Part shown: one piece after another, positions 9,699 to 19,423 of the stretch
How the letters are laid out: each line of letters starts with the position of its first letter
Numbering within the stretch: the stretch's first letter is position 1
Assembly (NCBI RefSeq): GCF_000757865.1
Contig: NZ_CP007754.1
Coordinates: forward strand, 210,001 to 242,000
DNA from: Prochlorococcus sp. MIT 0801
Lineage (GTDB): Bacteria; Cyanobacteriota; Cyanobacteriia; PCC-6307; Cyanobiaceae
Direction of reading: 5' to 3'
Length of the DNA: 32,000 nt
The notes under the pieces: model-generated
The model's input: the letters and a program-made list of their open reading frames with translations, nothing else
Told to the model about the DNA's origin: nothing
The model's database searches: none
Made by a program: the position numbers and the translations under genes

Positions 9699-10859
9699 AT
9701 GAGAAAAATTACAAACATTAAAGTACCTCAACCAGAGAAAAGCGAAGATGAAAAGAATTTATTTTCACTAGTTTTAGATGAACATGGAATTATTCTTTCT
9801 ATTGATAAAACTTGCAAGAAGGAATCAAGTTATGACGAAGATTGGCATGGAGATTGGCTAAGTCCTAGAGCCATTGATCTTCAAATGAATGGAGGTTTAG
9901 GGATCTCATTTACAGATTTAAATTTTAATAAAATACCTAAATTATTAACATTGCTTGATCAACTTTGGCTAGATGGAGTTGAAGGAATTTGTCCAACTTT
10001 TGTTAGTTGTTCTCTAGATCAATTTCAATTAGGAATGGAGGTCTTAAAGGAAACGAAAAAATATACTTCAACAAATCGATGTCGACTACTTGGCGCCCAT
10101 ATGGAAGGACCTTTTTTATGTGAGACATATTCTGGAGCACATGACACAGGAAGTATTTGTAGACCTAGTATTTCTGCCTTAAATGAGAGAATAAAGGGAT
10201 TTGAGGACGACATAGCACTAATGACATTGGCTCCAGAATTAAAAGGTTCTTTGGATGTAATTTCTCGTCTAAGAGAATTAAATATCGTTGTCTCACTGGG
10301 ACATTCTTCAGCTGATTTTGATTCAGCCATAAAAGCTTTTAATAATGGTGTGAGCATGATTACGCATACTTTTAATGCAATGAAAGGTTTACATCATCGA
10401 GCTATTGGACCTATAGGAGCGGCTGCAAGAAGAGACGATATTTTCCTAGGATTGATAGGTGATGGTGTTCATGTTCATTCAGATATGATTAGGCTTTTAA
10501 AGATACTTGCACCAAAGCAAATTGTTTTAGTTAGCGATGCAATATCAGCTTATGGTTTAGGAGATGGATCGTTTAATTGGGATAAACGCTTGATAACAGT
10601 AGAAAATGGTTTATGTAGACTTCCAAATGAAACAATTGCAGGTTCCACTTTGCCTTTACTAGACGCATGCAAAAAAATAGCAAATTGGATTAATGATCCC
10701 TCTGCTGCTATTTGGATGGCAACACTTGCTCCACGTATGGTATTAAGTCAGAACAAAATGACTGCAAAATCTTTTTTTATTGGAAAGAATATTAAGTCTT
10801 TACTTAGATGGAAAATGAATTCTTGTAATCATCAGTTGTCTTGGCAGTTGGCTGCGTAA
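9699..10859 (+). CDS. nagA: N-acetylglucosamine-6-phosphate deacetylase
   Basis: Amidohydrolase motifs of NagA: DLQMNGG, GAHMEGPF, SLGHS and ITHTFNAM. Confidence 0.8.
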   Translation: MRKITNIKVPQPEKSEDEKNLFSLVLDEHGIILSIDKTCKKESSYDEDWHGDWLSPRAIDLQMNGGLGISFTDLNFNKIPKLLTLLDQLWLDGVEGICPTFVSCSLDQFQLGMEVLKETKKYTSTNRCRLLGAHMEGPFLCETYSGAHDTGSICRPSISALNERIKGFEDDIALMTLAPELKGSLDVISRLRELNIVVSLGHSSADFDSAIKAFNNGVSMITHTFNAMKGLHHRAIGPIGAAARRDDIFLGLIGDGVHVHSDMIRLLKILAPKQIVLVSDAISAYGLGDGSFNWDKRLITVENGLCRLPNETIAGSTLPLLDACKKIANWINDPSAAIWMATLAPRMVLSQNKMTAKSFFIGKNIKSLLRWKMNSCNHQLSWQLAA

Positions 10860-10887
10860 GATTGGTAAGAGGTAATTATCTGATTAA

Positions 10888-11589
10888 ATGACAACGCAAA
10901 TTGAGAAAAATGAAAAGGCGGAAGTCACTGAATATTTTAATGGGACTGGGTTTGATAGATGGAATCGAATATATAGCGAAAGTGATGATGTAAATAAAGT
11001 GCAAAAAAATATAAGGATAGGTCACCAAAAGACAGTTGATGATGTCATTAGTTGGTTGAAAGAGTATGACAATATCAAGGATAAAAGTTTTTGTGATGCT
11101 GGCTGTGGTGTTGGTAGTTTAAGTATTCCATTGGCAAAATTGGGTGCTAAATCAATTCATTTAAGTGATATTTCTGAAGCCATGATAAACGAGACAAAAA
11201 GTAGGGCAAAGGAAGAAGGTTTGGACTTCAATAAGCTGAATTTTCGAACATCTGATTTAGAAAATTTAAAAGGTTCATTTAATACAGTTGTTTGCTTAGA
11301 TGTTTTCATTCACTACCCTCAACAGGAGGCTGAGGCAATGGTGAAACATCTATGTGAATTATCTGATGAGAGATTAATTGTTAGCTTTGCCCCCTATACT
11401 CCTTTACTAGCCCTTTTGAAAGGTATTGGTCAGCTATTCCCCGGACCAAGTAAAACTACTAGGGCATATACATTAAGGGAGTCCGGAATTATCGAAGCTG
11501 CAAAGCAATCTGGCTTTAAAGTTGTCAAAAGCAAGTTGAATCAAGCTCCTTTTTATTTTTCGAAATTAATAGAATTTGTGAAATCCTAG
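10888..11589 (+). CDS. chlM: Mg-protoporphyrin IX methyltransferase
   Basis: YFNGTGFDRWNRIYSESDDVNKVQKNIRIGHQKTVD N-terminal block and SAM motif DAGCGVGSLSIPLA. The length (233 aa) is typical of ChlM. Confidence 0.88.
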   Translation: MTTQIEKNEKAEVTEYFNGTGFDRWNRIYSESDDVNKVQKNIRIGHQKTVDDVISWLKEYDNIKDKSFCDAGCGVGSLSIPLAKLGAKSIHLSDISEAMINETKSRAKEEGLDFNKLNFRTSDLENLKGSFNTVVCLDVFIHYPQQEAEAMVKHLCELSDERLIVSFAPYTPLLALLKGIGQLFPGPSKTTRAYTLRESGIIEAAKQSGFKVVKSKLNQAPFYFSKLIEFVKS

Positions 11590-11620
11590 AGAACTAAAAT
11601 TTTAATTTTTCAAAACATAT

Positions 11621-12349
11621 TTAGGTAACTAAATGATTTTCAAGTGCATATCTAACTAGTTCTGTTCTACTGGAAGTACCGGTTTTAATAAATAATCGAC
11701 TCACATATTTCTCTACATTGCGGATAGAAGTCTCAAGTTGTCTTGCAATTTCTTTGTTCATTAAACCTTCCGCTACTAGTTGCAAAACGCTTGCCTCTCT
11801 TGGGGTGAAATTAGGAATCGAATCATCTTTGCGTGAGTGGTTTTTATCCCCATGGCTAAGCATTGATTTTATTTCTGTAATCTGTTTTGCCATTTGGCCA
11901 ACATCAGCATTAGCAAATCTGGCTGCTTCAGTTAATAGTCGCTCTTGCCGCTGAACTACATTCTTAACTCTTGCAACTAGCTCATCTGGATCAAATGGTT
12001 TTGGCATGTAATCGTCTACACCTGCTTGATAACCCTGAGTCCTATCAGCAGTCATACCTTTAGCAGTAAGGAAAATGACAGGTGTACCTCCAAGTCTTTC
12101 ATCTTCTCTAATTTTGTTTAAAAGCCCATAACCATCACATCTAGGCATCATGACGTCACTGATAATTACATCAGGGATCATTTTTTGAGCTTTTTCCCAT
12201 CCCTCTTCTCCATCGACAGCGGTTGTAACTTGAAAACCTTCATCTTCAAGATAGGCCTGAACAGCAGTTCTTAAACCGGGCTCGTCATCGACAAGTAATA
12301 TCCTTGGAGTTTGAGAAATTTCTTGTGTTGATGGATTGGGGTCACTCAT
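11621..12349 (-). CDS. Two-component response regulator, REC + LuxR/NarL-type HTH (Ycf29/Rre1-like)
   Basis: Receiver motifs LLVDDEP, phospho-acceptor context VIISDVMMP and PKPF. C-terminal LuxR HTH: TPREASVLQLVAEGLMNKEIARQLETSIRNVEKYVSRLFIKTG. No histidine kinase is present in the window. Confidence 0.85.
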   Translation of the reverse strand: MSDPNPSTQEISQTPRILLVDDEPGLRTAVQAYLEDEGFQVTTAVDGEEGWEKAQKMIPDVIISDVMMPRCDGYGLLNKIREDERLGGTPVIFLTAKGMTADRTQGYQAGVDDYMPKPFDPDELVARVKNVVQRQERLLTEAARFANADVGQMAKQITEIKSMLSHGDKNHSRKDDSIPNFTPREASVLQLVAEGLMNKEIARQLETSIRNVEKYVSRLFIKTGTSSRTELVRYALENHLVT

Positions 12350-12426
12350 AAAATTGGACTTCTAGAGCTTTCAGGAGGATATTAACCTTTATTCCTCTCT
12401 TATTATTTAGATTAACGAATGAATCA

Positions 12427-13575
12427 ATGGATAATAATCACCTAATTTTTGATTTTCAGTCTTCAACACCATGTTGTACGAAGGTTGTTGAGGAGATGGC
12501 TCCTTATTGGAATGAGTTGTGGGGTAATCCCTCTAATACTAATAATCGATCCGGTGTTTTTGCTTCAGCTGCAGTTGAAGTATCTCGTGAAAAAATAGCT
12601 TCATATTTGAATATCAATCCGAAAAGATTAATTTTCACTAGTGGGGCAACAGAAGCGAATAATTTGGGTTTAGTTGGACATGCAAGAGCTAAAGCACAAC
12701 TGATTGGAAAACCTGGACACATAATTACCGTTGCAACTGAACATCATGCAGTCCTTGATCCGCTTAGGCAGCTTCAAAAAGAAGGGTTTCGCTTGACAGA
12801 ATTGCAACCGAATAAAGAGGGTTTAATCAATATTGAACAACTTTCTGAAGCTTTTGAAAAAGATACTTTTCTGGTTAGCGTCATGGCTGCAAATAATGAG
12901 ATAGGGGTTTTGCAACCTATTGGTGACATTGGATCTTTTTGTAAGAGAAAGGGAATCGCTTTTCATTCTGATGCCGCTCAAGCCTTTGGATACTTAGATT
13001 TAGATCCCGATAAATTTCGCATTGATTTGATGAGTTTGAGTGCTCACAAAATCTATGGACCTAAAGGTATTGGGGCTTTGGTGATTAGGGAAGGATTCCC
13101 TCTTGAACCTTCTCAATATGGAGGAGGTCAGGAGCTTGGATTAAGATCTGGCACGCTCCCTGTCCCGTTAATTGTTGGCTTTGCAAAGGCAGTCGAAATA
13201 ACAAAAAATGATCAGGATGAGAGGAACAAGAGACTTTTGTTTTTTAGAAACTTATTGTTGAGTGGATTAAAAAAGAATATTTCTGGATTGATAGTTAATG
13301 GATCTATTGATCAAAGATTGCCTCATAATCTCAATATCACTTTCCCTGGCGTGAAGGGAAGTCAATTGCATGGTCAATTAAGAAGGTTTATTTTTTGTAC
13401 TAGTGGTTCAGCTTGTAGTAATGGTGAAGCTTCTCATGTTCTGCAGGAGATAGGGCTCAGCAAAAAAGATGCTGAGGCGTCAATAAGGATGAGTATTGGG
13501 AGAAATACTACGGAGAAAGATATCAACAAGGCTATTAATATTATTACGAATATAGTGATTAATCTTAGACAATAA
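12427..13575 (+). CDS. Cysteine desulfurase, NifS/IscS-like class V aminotransferase
   Basis: PLP-lysine motif SAHKIYGPKGIGAL, active-site cysteine loop SGSACSNGEASHV, and TSGATEANN. Confidence 0.85.
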   Translation: MDNNHLIFDFQSSTPCCTKVVEEMAPYWNELWGNPSNTNNRSGVFASAAVEVSREKIASYLNINPKRLIFTSGATEANNLGLVGHARAKAQLIGKPGHIITVATEHHAVLDPLRQLQKEGFRLTELQPNKEGLINIEQLSEAFEKDTFLVSVMAANNEIGVLQPIGDIGSFCKRKGIAFHSDAAQAFGYLDLDPDKFRIDLMSLSAHKIYGPKGIGALVIREGFPLEPSQYGGGQELGLRSGTLPVPLIVGFAKAVEITKNDQDERNKRLLFFRNLLLSGLKKNISGLIVNGSIDQRLPHNLNITFPGVKGSQLHGQLRRFIFCTSGSACSNGEASHVLQEIGLSKKDAEASIRMSIGRNTTEKDINKAINIITNIVINLRQ

Positions 13576-13582
13576 TTTAAGC

Positions 13583-14497
13583 CTAAGTTAAGAATTTCTT
13601 TGCAGAAATTCTTAACTTTGCACTTTTACTTCTTGGGTTTAATTCTATCTCTTCTGGGCTTGCTCTGATAGGCTTTTTAGATAGTACTTTCAATCTATTG
13701 TCTGTCTTAAAGCTCGATTTTACTCTTCTATCTTCTAGTGAATGAAAACTCATTACCATAAATAATCCATTCTCTAACAACCAGTTTGGAGCTTTTAAAA
13801 GTAAACTTTCGAGAGAGCCTAATTCATTATTCACAGCTATTCTTAAAGCCTGAAAAGTTCTTGTTGAGGGATGAATTCGACCATATCTTTGCTTGGGGGG
13901 GAAGCAGCCTGCAATTGCATAAGAAAGGTCTTGAGTTCCAGAGTATGATCCATTTTCAGCTAGATCATTTTTTATTTTTCTTGCAATACGCCTAGATCGT
14001 TTTTCTTCGCCTAATTCATATATTAAATCAGCTAGATTTTGCTCAGAGAGAGTTTCAATAAGTTCGGCTGCACTTGAACCCTCTTCGGGATTCATTCGCA
14101 TATCTATTGGACCATTTAAACGAAAACTAAAACCTCTTGAAGGCTCATCCAGTTGATGACTACTAACACCAAGATCCGCTAAGACGCAAATGGCTTGTTC
14201 ATCAAGTGAAAAGTCTGCGAAGTTCGTAGAGATTATTTTTATTCTTGTCCCGAATTTTATTAATTTTTTTGATGCTGCTTCTCTTGCCATTGGGTCTTGA
14301 TCAAGCCCAATAATTTTGATTCCTGGGAAATTTTCTAGTATTTGAGCTGAATGACCCCCTCCTCCAATTGTGGCGTCAATAATTAATCCTTGTTTTGTCA
14401 ATTCACTTGGCAATTCCTTTAGTGATTGAATTATTTCTTTCCCCATTACAGGGACATGATTAAAGTTAGAACTTGAACTAATTGGCCCTTCTTTCAT
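13583..14497 (-). CDS. rsmH: 16S rRNA (cytosine1402-N4)-methyltransferase RsmH/MraW
   Basis: HVPVM...[31 protein letters not shown] and [10 protein letters not shown] motifs. Confidence 0.9.
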   Translation of the reverse strand: MKEGPISSSSNFNHVPVMGKEIIQSLKELPSELTKQGLIIDATIGGGGHSAQILENFPGIKIIGLDQDPMAREAASKKLIKFGTRIKIISTNFADFSLDEQAICVLADLGVSSHQLDEPSRGFSFRLNGPIDMRMNPEEGSSAAELIETLSEQNLADLIYELGEEKRSRRIARKIKNDLAENGSYSGTQDLSYAIAGCFPPKQRYGRIHPSTRTFQALRIAVNNELGSLESLLLKAPNWLLENGLFMVMSFHSLEDRRVKSSFKTDNRLKVLSKKPIRASPEEIELNPRSKSAKLRISAKKFLT

Positions 14498-14538
14498 AAG
14501 TTTTCACTAGTATTTAGACATTGCTTTGTTTTGGCCCA

Positions 14539-15723
14539 ATGGCGCAGCTTGAAACGCGTACGGAGCCAATGGTGGTCAACTTTGGGCCACATCATCCATC
14601 AATGCATGGGGTGTTGCGATTGGTCGTAACCCTTGATGGAGAGGATGTTGTTGATTGTGAACCAGTTATTGGTTACTTGCATCGAGGGATGGAGAAAATT
14701 GCTGAGAATAGAACAAACGTCATGTTTGTTCCATACGTAAGCCGTATGGATTATGCGGCTGGTATGTTTTATGAAGCCATTGTTGTTAATGCCCCTGAGC
14801 GTTTAGCAAATATAAAGGTACCCAAGAGAGCAAGTTATATCAGAGCGATAATGCTTGAGTTGAATAGGATCGCTAACCATTTACTATGGTTAGGCCCATT
14901 TTTGGCTGATGTAGGAGCGCAAACTCCTTTCTTCTATATTTTTAGAGAAAGAGAGATGATTTACGATTTGTGGGAGGCTGCAACTGGTCAAAGATTGATT
15001 AATAATAATTATTTCCGTATTGGAGGCGTTGCATGTGATTTACCTTGGGGCTGGTTAGAAAAATGCAAAGATTTTTGTGACTGGTTTGGTCCCAAAATTG
15101 ATGAGTATGAAAAATTGATAACCAATAACCCTATTTTTCGAAGACGTATAGAAGGTTTAGGAGTCATAGGGAAAGAACAAGCGATTAACTGGAGCCTTTC
15201 TGGCCCAATGCTTCGGGCAGCGGGTGTTCCATGGGATTTGAGAAAAGTAGATCACTATGAATGTTATGACGATTTTGAATGGGATATTGCATGGGAGAAA
15301 GAGGGAGATTGTTATGCAAGATATAGAGTTCGTATTGAAGAAATGAGACAGTCATTGAAAATATTAAGACAAGCTTGTGAGATGATTCCTGGAGGGCCAA
15401 CAGAAAATCTTGAGGCACAAAGAACAGTTGAGGGAAAAAAAGGTGATTTGTCGGGGTTTGATTATCAATATATAGCGAAGAAAGTGGCACCTACTTTTAA
15501 GATCCCTAATGGTGAATTATATACACGTCTTGAGTCTGGCAAAGGTGAAATAGGGGTATTTATTCAAGGTAATAATGATGTAACTCCTTGGCGGTTTAAA
15601 ATTAGAGCAGCTGATTCTAATAATTTGCAGATACTTCCTCACATACTTAAGGGAGCTAAGGTCGCTGACATAATGGCTATATTAGGTTCGATCGATGTGA
15701 TTATGGGTTCTGTTGATAGATAG
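14539..15723 (+). CDS. ndhH: NDH-1 subunit H, NdhH/NuoD
   Basis: [28 protein letters not shown] is the canonical NdhH N-terminus, so ATG at 14539 is preferred to the track's TTG at 14521. The C-terminus ends ...[12 protein letters not shown]. Confidence 0.93.
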   Translation: MAQLETRTEPMVVNFGPHHPSMHGVLRLVVTLDGEDVVDCEPVIGYLHRGMEKIAENRTNVMFVPYVSRMDYAAGMFYEAIVVNAPERLANIKVPKRASYIRAIMLELNRIANHLLWLGPFLADVGAQTPFFYIFREREMIYDLWEAATGQRLINNNYFRIGGVACDLPWGWLEKCKDFCDWFGPKIDEYEKLITNNPIFRRRIEGLGVIGKEQAINWSLSGPMLRAAGVPWDLRKVDHYECYDDFEWDIAWEKEGDCYARYRVRIEEMRQSLKILRQACEMIPGGPTENLEAQRTVEGKKGDLSGFDYQYIAKKVAPTFKIPNGELYTRLESGKGEIGVFIQGNNDVTPWRFKIRAADSNNLQILPHILKGAKVADIMAILGSIDVIMGSVDR

Positions 15724-15728
15724 GTCTT

Positions 15729-16181
15729 TTGGAAAAGCGTAATCCTAGAGAATGGTTATGTTTGAATCGAACAGTTCGTTTTGGTGAGACAGATGCTGCT
15801 GGTGTGGTGCATTTCCTTGAATTGTTCAGATGGTGTCATGAAACTTGGGAAGAAAGTTTAGAAAAATTTGGAATAGTTTTACAAGAAATTTTCCCTTCAA
15901 CCCAAATCAATACAAGCCAACTGGATGTAGCTTTACCAGTGGTTCATTGTGAAGCAAATTACTTTCAACCACTTTATGTGGGAGATACTATCAATATCGA
16001 ACTGTATCCAGAGAAGATAAATGAGTCTTCATTTGTACTTAGATTTAAATTTAAAAAGAATGGAGAGCAAATCGGTTCGACAAATATAAAACATGTATCG
16101 ATAAATCCAATTACTAGAAAAAAATGTGCATTATCTAAACAAATAAATTTGTGGCTTCATGATTCTAGTTCGAATTTTTAG
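15729..16181 (+). CDS. Hotdog-fold (4HBT/YbgC-class) acyl-CoA thioesterase, probably 1,4-dihydroxy-2-naphthoyl-CoA thioesterase of phylloquinone synthesis
   Basis: N-terminal VRFGETDAAGVVHF motif of 4HBT-type thioesterases, ~150 aa. It abuts the men genes, sharing its stop with menE. The start is uncertain: TTG at 15729 or TTG at 15762. The specific substrate is inferred from context. Confidence 0.65.
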   Translation: MEKRNPREWLCLNRTVRFGETDAAGVVHFLELFRWCHETWEESLEKFGIVLQEIFPSTQINTSQLDVALPVVHCEANYFQPLYVGDTINIELYPEKINESSFVLRFKFKKNGEQIGSTNIKHVSINPITRKKCALSKQINLWLHDSSSNF

Positions 16182-17413
16182 TTAATAGGTTTATTAAAGG
16201 CTATCCAATCTTGCCATTTTTTTATTTCCCATTTTTTATTGATATTTCTTGAAAGTTTTGGACAATCGTACCAGTTCAGTGGTTTTTTGGATGGTTGCCA
16301 GTCTTCAATGAGATCATTCAGAAGTGAAATGATTGGATATCTGTTTAGTTCTTTCCCTTTGAATTTTGTTAATGCAACTAAACGTTGTCCCCATTTCTTG
16401 TCACTAACTCCTAGTACAAAAATATCTTTAATTGGGATTTGATTTTTTGAGATTATTTTCATTAATTCCATTTCGATATCTTCTGGAAAAATCGTTTCAC
16501 CGCCCGAATTTATAGCTGAATCTCTTCTACCTAGGATTTGTATTGCTTTTCTATTGTCGAGAGTGATGTATTGCGCTAGATCGCCTGCTTCCCACCATCC
16601 ATTTGAGTCTTTAATTGATTCGAATTTATTAGTCTTCCATTTTGAAGTTGCAATTCTACTGGTTTTAATCTTAAGTGAATTTCTTTTGTTGATTTCTATC
16701 TCAACATCTTCGAGAGGGAACCCAACACTATTACTTCCATTTAAAAAGTCTTTAGGACTAAGGCAAGTCACCATTGCTACTGTTTCGGTGGCCCCATAAC
16801 AAGGAGCTAGATTAATAGACTTTCTGCGTGCTTTTTCAGCAAGGTCTATAGGGATGGAAGCTCCTCCAACCCATATCACAGCAAGGGATTGAAGCCATTT
16901 TAAACCATCAGTATTATCTATCAAAGATAATAATTGAGTTGGAACTAGGGATGTAATTAATGGACGTCTATGTTTATTAGTTAATGCTTCACTAAATTGC
17001 TTAAGTTGAAGTGGTTTATGCATTATAGAATTTGAAATCCAGTAATACCCAGAGTCCCAAGTCTGATGTCTCCACCAAGGCATGAAACCACTTATATGAT
17101 GCAAAGGTAGTGAATTGAGAATGATGCATTCATTTGGCTTAAGGCCATGATTCTTTAACCACTTTCCGGTTGATAAAGCCGAATTAGTGAGATTTTTAAG
17201 TGATTGGAAACAAAGATTTGGCCCTCCAAGGCTGCCCCCGCTTGAAATGATTATTCCTTCTCCTTCAGGTAAGGTTGACGATGTGGGGATTTTCGTTTGA
17301 TCTTTTGGAGGCGCTAGATATACCCAGTTATGCTTTTCAAAATTCTTTAAAATTTCTTTTGAACAGTCCAGGTTTTTTTCAGGAATACATTCTACAACTG
17401 CAATTTTGGTCAT
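16178..17413 (-). CDS. menE: O-succinylbenzoate-CoA ligase (acyl-CoA synthetase family)
   Basis: Adenylate-forming enzyme layout: degenerate AMP motif IIISSGGSLGGPNL, then YGATETV and GWWEAGDLA...GRRDSAINSGGETIFPEDIE. I place the start at ATG 17413, which overlaps the menC TGA as ATGA. The 27-codon extension in the track lies inside menC. Confidence 0.78.
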   Translation of the reverse strand: MTKIAVVECIPEKNLDCSKEILKNFEKHNWVYLAPPKDQTKIPTSSTLPEGEGIIISSGGSLGGPNLCFQSLKNLTNSALSTGKWLKNHGLKPNECIILNSLPLHHISGFMPWWRHQTWDSGYYWISNSIMHKPLQLKQFSEALTNKHRRPLITSLVPTQLLSLIDNTDGLKWLQSLAVIWVGGASIPIDLAEKARRKSINLAPCYGATETVAMVTCLSPKDFLNGSNSVGFPLEDVEIEINKRNSLKIKTSRIATSKWKTNKFESIKDSNGWWEAGDLAQYITLDNRKAIQILGRRDSAINSGGETIFPEDIEMELMKIISKNQIPIKDIFVLGVSDKKWGQRLVALTKFKGKELNRYPIISLLNDLIEDWQPSKKPLNWYDCPKLSRNINKKWEIKKWQDWIAFNKPIN

Positions 17414-18381
17414 ACGGCTTCCCAGACTAATTTCGGATTGTTGTTGAAGAGTGGGCCTTTTGGGCACCATCCAGGTGCAAGTCCAGGTGCACAAGGCTTT
17501 CCCCCTTTGACTTGTCTGGCAGCGAGGTGATTAACCCACCTTCTCCCAATACCAGTTTCAAAAGCTGTGCTTATGACTGTTTGACTATCTTCTTGTTCTA
17601 TTTCTTTTAACAGTAATCTAGGATCCCCATCTAATGCAGGGCGACGTATTTGCCAACTTTTCCATGTTTTTCGTAAATATGGAAATTCAACCAAAGATTC
17701 ATCTAGTGCGATTGGAATTTGAGTGGCCAATGAAAATAAACCTTCAATATCTTTTGATGGGAGTGGCTGTTCAATCCATTCCAAACGAGGTTCGTTTTTG
17801 AGTTCGTTAATCCATTCTTGTGCTTTTTGGCGACTCCAACCTCCATTTGGATCAATTCTAAGTTTAAAATTATTTGGTAAAATGTCTAAGATTTTTTGTA
17901 ATGTTTTTTCTTCCTTAAAGTTATTTTCTAGGTGAGATACTTTCCATTTTATTGTACAAGAACTTTTCTTCTCATTTGATTCATCTACATATTTACGTAT
18001 TGACTCTAATGGATCAATATCTGTAGGTAAAAGATAAGTTGATTTTGCGACGTCAAAACCTTCAAGATTTAACTTCCTTTGAGTGAGACTTTCTAAATCG
18101 GCTAAGCAGGACCCTAATCCGAAAGCAAGTGCGCCTGGCAATTCAAATAAATAATTTTCTATTGAATCTTTTGTAGTTTGTTTCCCAATAAAATCAAGAC
18201 TTTCGATACTTTTTTCTAATTCCTTTTTCTCAATAGGTGAAACTTCCCCCCATCCGTAATTTCCATTTGAGTCTTTTATTTGCAACAATAAACCTACCTT
18301 GTTATGAATAATTCCTTGCGAGGTTATTAACTTTCTTGTTAGTTGAAATGAAAATGGCTTGATATTAATTATTAATTTCAT
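17410..18381 (-). CDS. menC: o-Succinylbenzoate synthase (enolase superfamily)
   Basis: Enolase-superfamily metal-ligand blocks KLRIDPNGGW, WIEQPL and ALDESL. Lies between menA and menE. Confidence 0.8.
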   Translation of the reverse strand: MKLIINIKPFSFQLTRKLITSQGIIHNKVGLLLQIKDSNGNYGWGEVSPIEKKELEKSIESLDFIGKQTTKDSIENYLFELPGALAFGLGSCLADLESLTQRKLNLEGFDVAKSTYLLPTDIDPLESIRKYVDESNEKKSSCTIKWKVSHLENNFKEEKTLQKILDILPNNFKLRIDPNGGWSRQKAQEWINELKNEPRLEWIEQPLPSKDIEGLFSLATQIPIALDESLVEFPYLRKTWKSWQIRRPALDGDPRLLLKEIEQEDSQTVISTAFETGIGRRWVNHLAARQVKGGKPCAPGLAPGWCPKGPLFNNNPKLVWEAV

Positions 18382-18400
18382 GATTCAATAAAATCAAAAA

Positions 18401-19390
18401 TTAATTATAAAAAAATGAGGATATAGCAAAACCTATACTCAAGCATAAACCATTAATTGTCTGAAAGCGTAAAGCTAAAAACTTACTGTTTTTAATACGC
18501 TCAGGTTGGTTGTGATGTCTTTTAATTAATTTAATAAGATCTAATCCTGAAGGAAGGCTAATTAAACATATAAGAGTAGTTATTGGCCATATTCCAAGTA
18601 GTACAGGTAGTAATTCTAATAAAAATATTAGACCAACGAACCACGGTAAAAATTCTGCCGCTCGATGAGTGCCTAAAATAACTAAGGGTGATTTTTTACC
18701 GACAGCAGCATCTTGATTGATTTGATGAAAATGCGAACAGAATAGAACTAAAGTGGTCGCCATGGCGGGACCTGCTCCAACAATTAGTGAAGTTCCCCAG
18801 GGGGTGGTATCAAAATTAGATTTTGGAGAAATAACAATTAGTGCTGCAGCTGTCGCAAGTGGTCCAAATGCAATCCAGCAAAGGGGTTCTCCCAGCCCCT
18901 TATACCCCAGTCTAAATGGTGGCCCTTGATATAAATATCCAAGGAAACAACAAATTATGACTAAAAAAAGTACTGTTATTTTACTTTTTAGAGCGAGGAT
19001 AAATATTATAAATAAACCTAATAAAAGAGAAAAATATGCAACTCGACTTACAGTGCTTTTACTACCAGTTAAAGCTACTACCGAGTGGAATTTGTATTTG
19101 TCAACACCAGTTTCATCGTCAAAAAGATCATTGGTAAGGTTTTCCCAAAGCAAGATCAAGATTGAGGCAATTAGAAAACCGATGAATTGTCCCAGCCGAA
19201 TATTGCCGCTATTTCCTAGCTCCCATCCTGCAGATACAATTACGGGCATTATTGCGACTGAATACAATGGCCACTTAATTGCAGCTTGCCAAAGATGTTT
19301 TCTGTCAGTTGTAGAAGACTTCACTGATAAACTAATCCTTCCTGTTTGTTTCTTGGTGTATCCCTTAAGACTAGGCAGCAGTTCATGCAT
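18401..19390 (-). CDS. menA: 1,4-dihydroxy-2-naphthoate phytyltransferase (UbiA family)
   Basis: Polytopic UbiA-type prenyltransferase with the NLTNDLFDDETGVDK aspartate-rich motif, in men gene context. Confidence 0.85.
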   Translation of the reverse strand: MHELLPSLKGYTKKQTGRISLSVKSSTTDRKHLWQAAIKWPLYSVAIMPVIVSAGWELGNSGNIRLGQFIGFLIASILILLWENLTNDLFDDETGVDKYKFHSVVALTGSKSTVSRVAYFSLLLGLFIIFILALKSKITVLFLVIICCFLGYLYQGPPFRLGYKGLGEPLCWIAFGPLATAAALIVISPKSNFDTTPWGTSLIVGAGPAMATTLVLFCSHFHQINQDAAVGKKSPLVILGTHRAAEFLPWFVGLIFLLELLPVLLGIWPITTLICLISLPSGLDLIKLIKRHHNQPERIKNSKFLALRFQTINGLCLSIGFAISSFFYN

Positions 19391-19423
19391 TGGTTTATTT
19401 ATTTATAAAGGGTCTAATTGGTT

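Noticed and set aside
17414-17494. 27-codon N-terminal extension of menE (MCTWTCTWMVPKRPTLQQQSEISLGSR) in the track
   Set aside because: It lies entirely within the 3' end of menC. The ATG at 17413 forms a classic ATGA overlap with the menC stop and gives a normal N-terminus (MTKIAVVE...).
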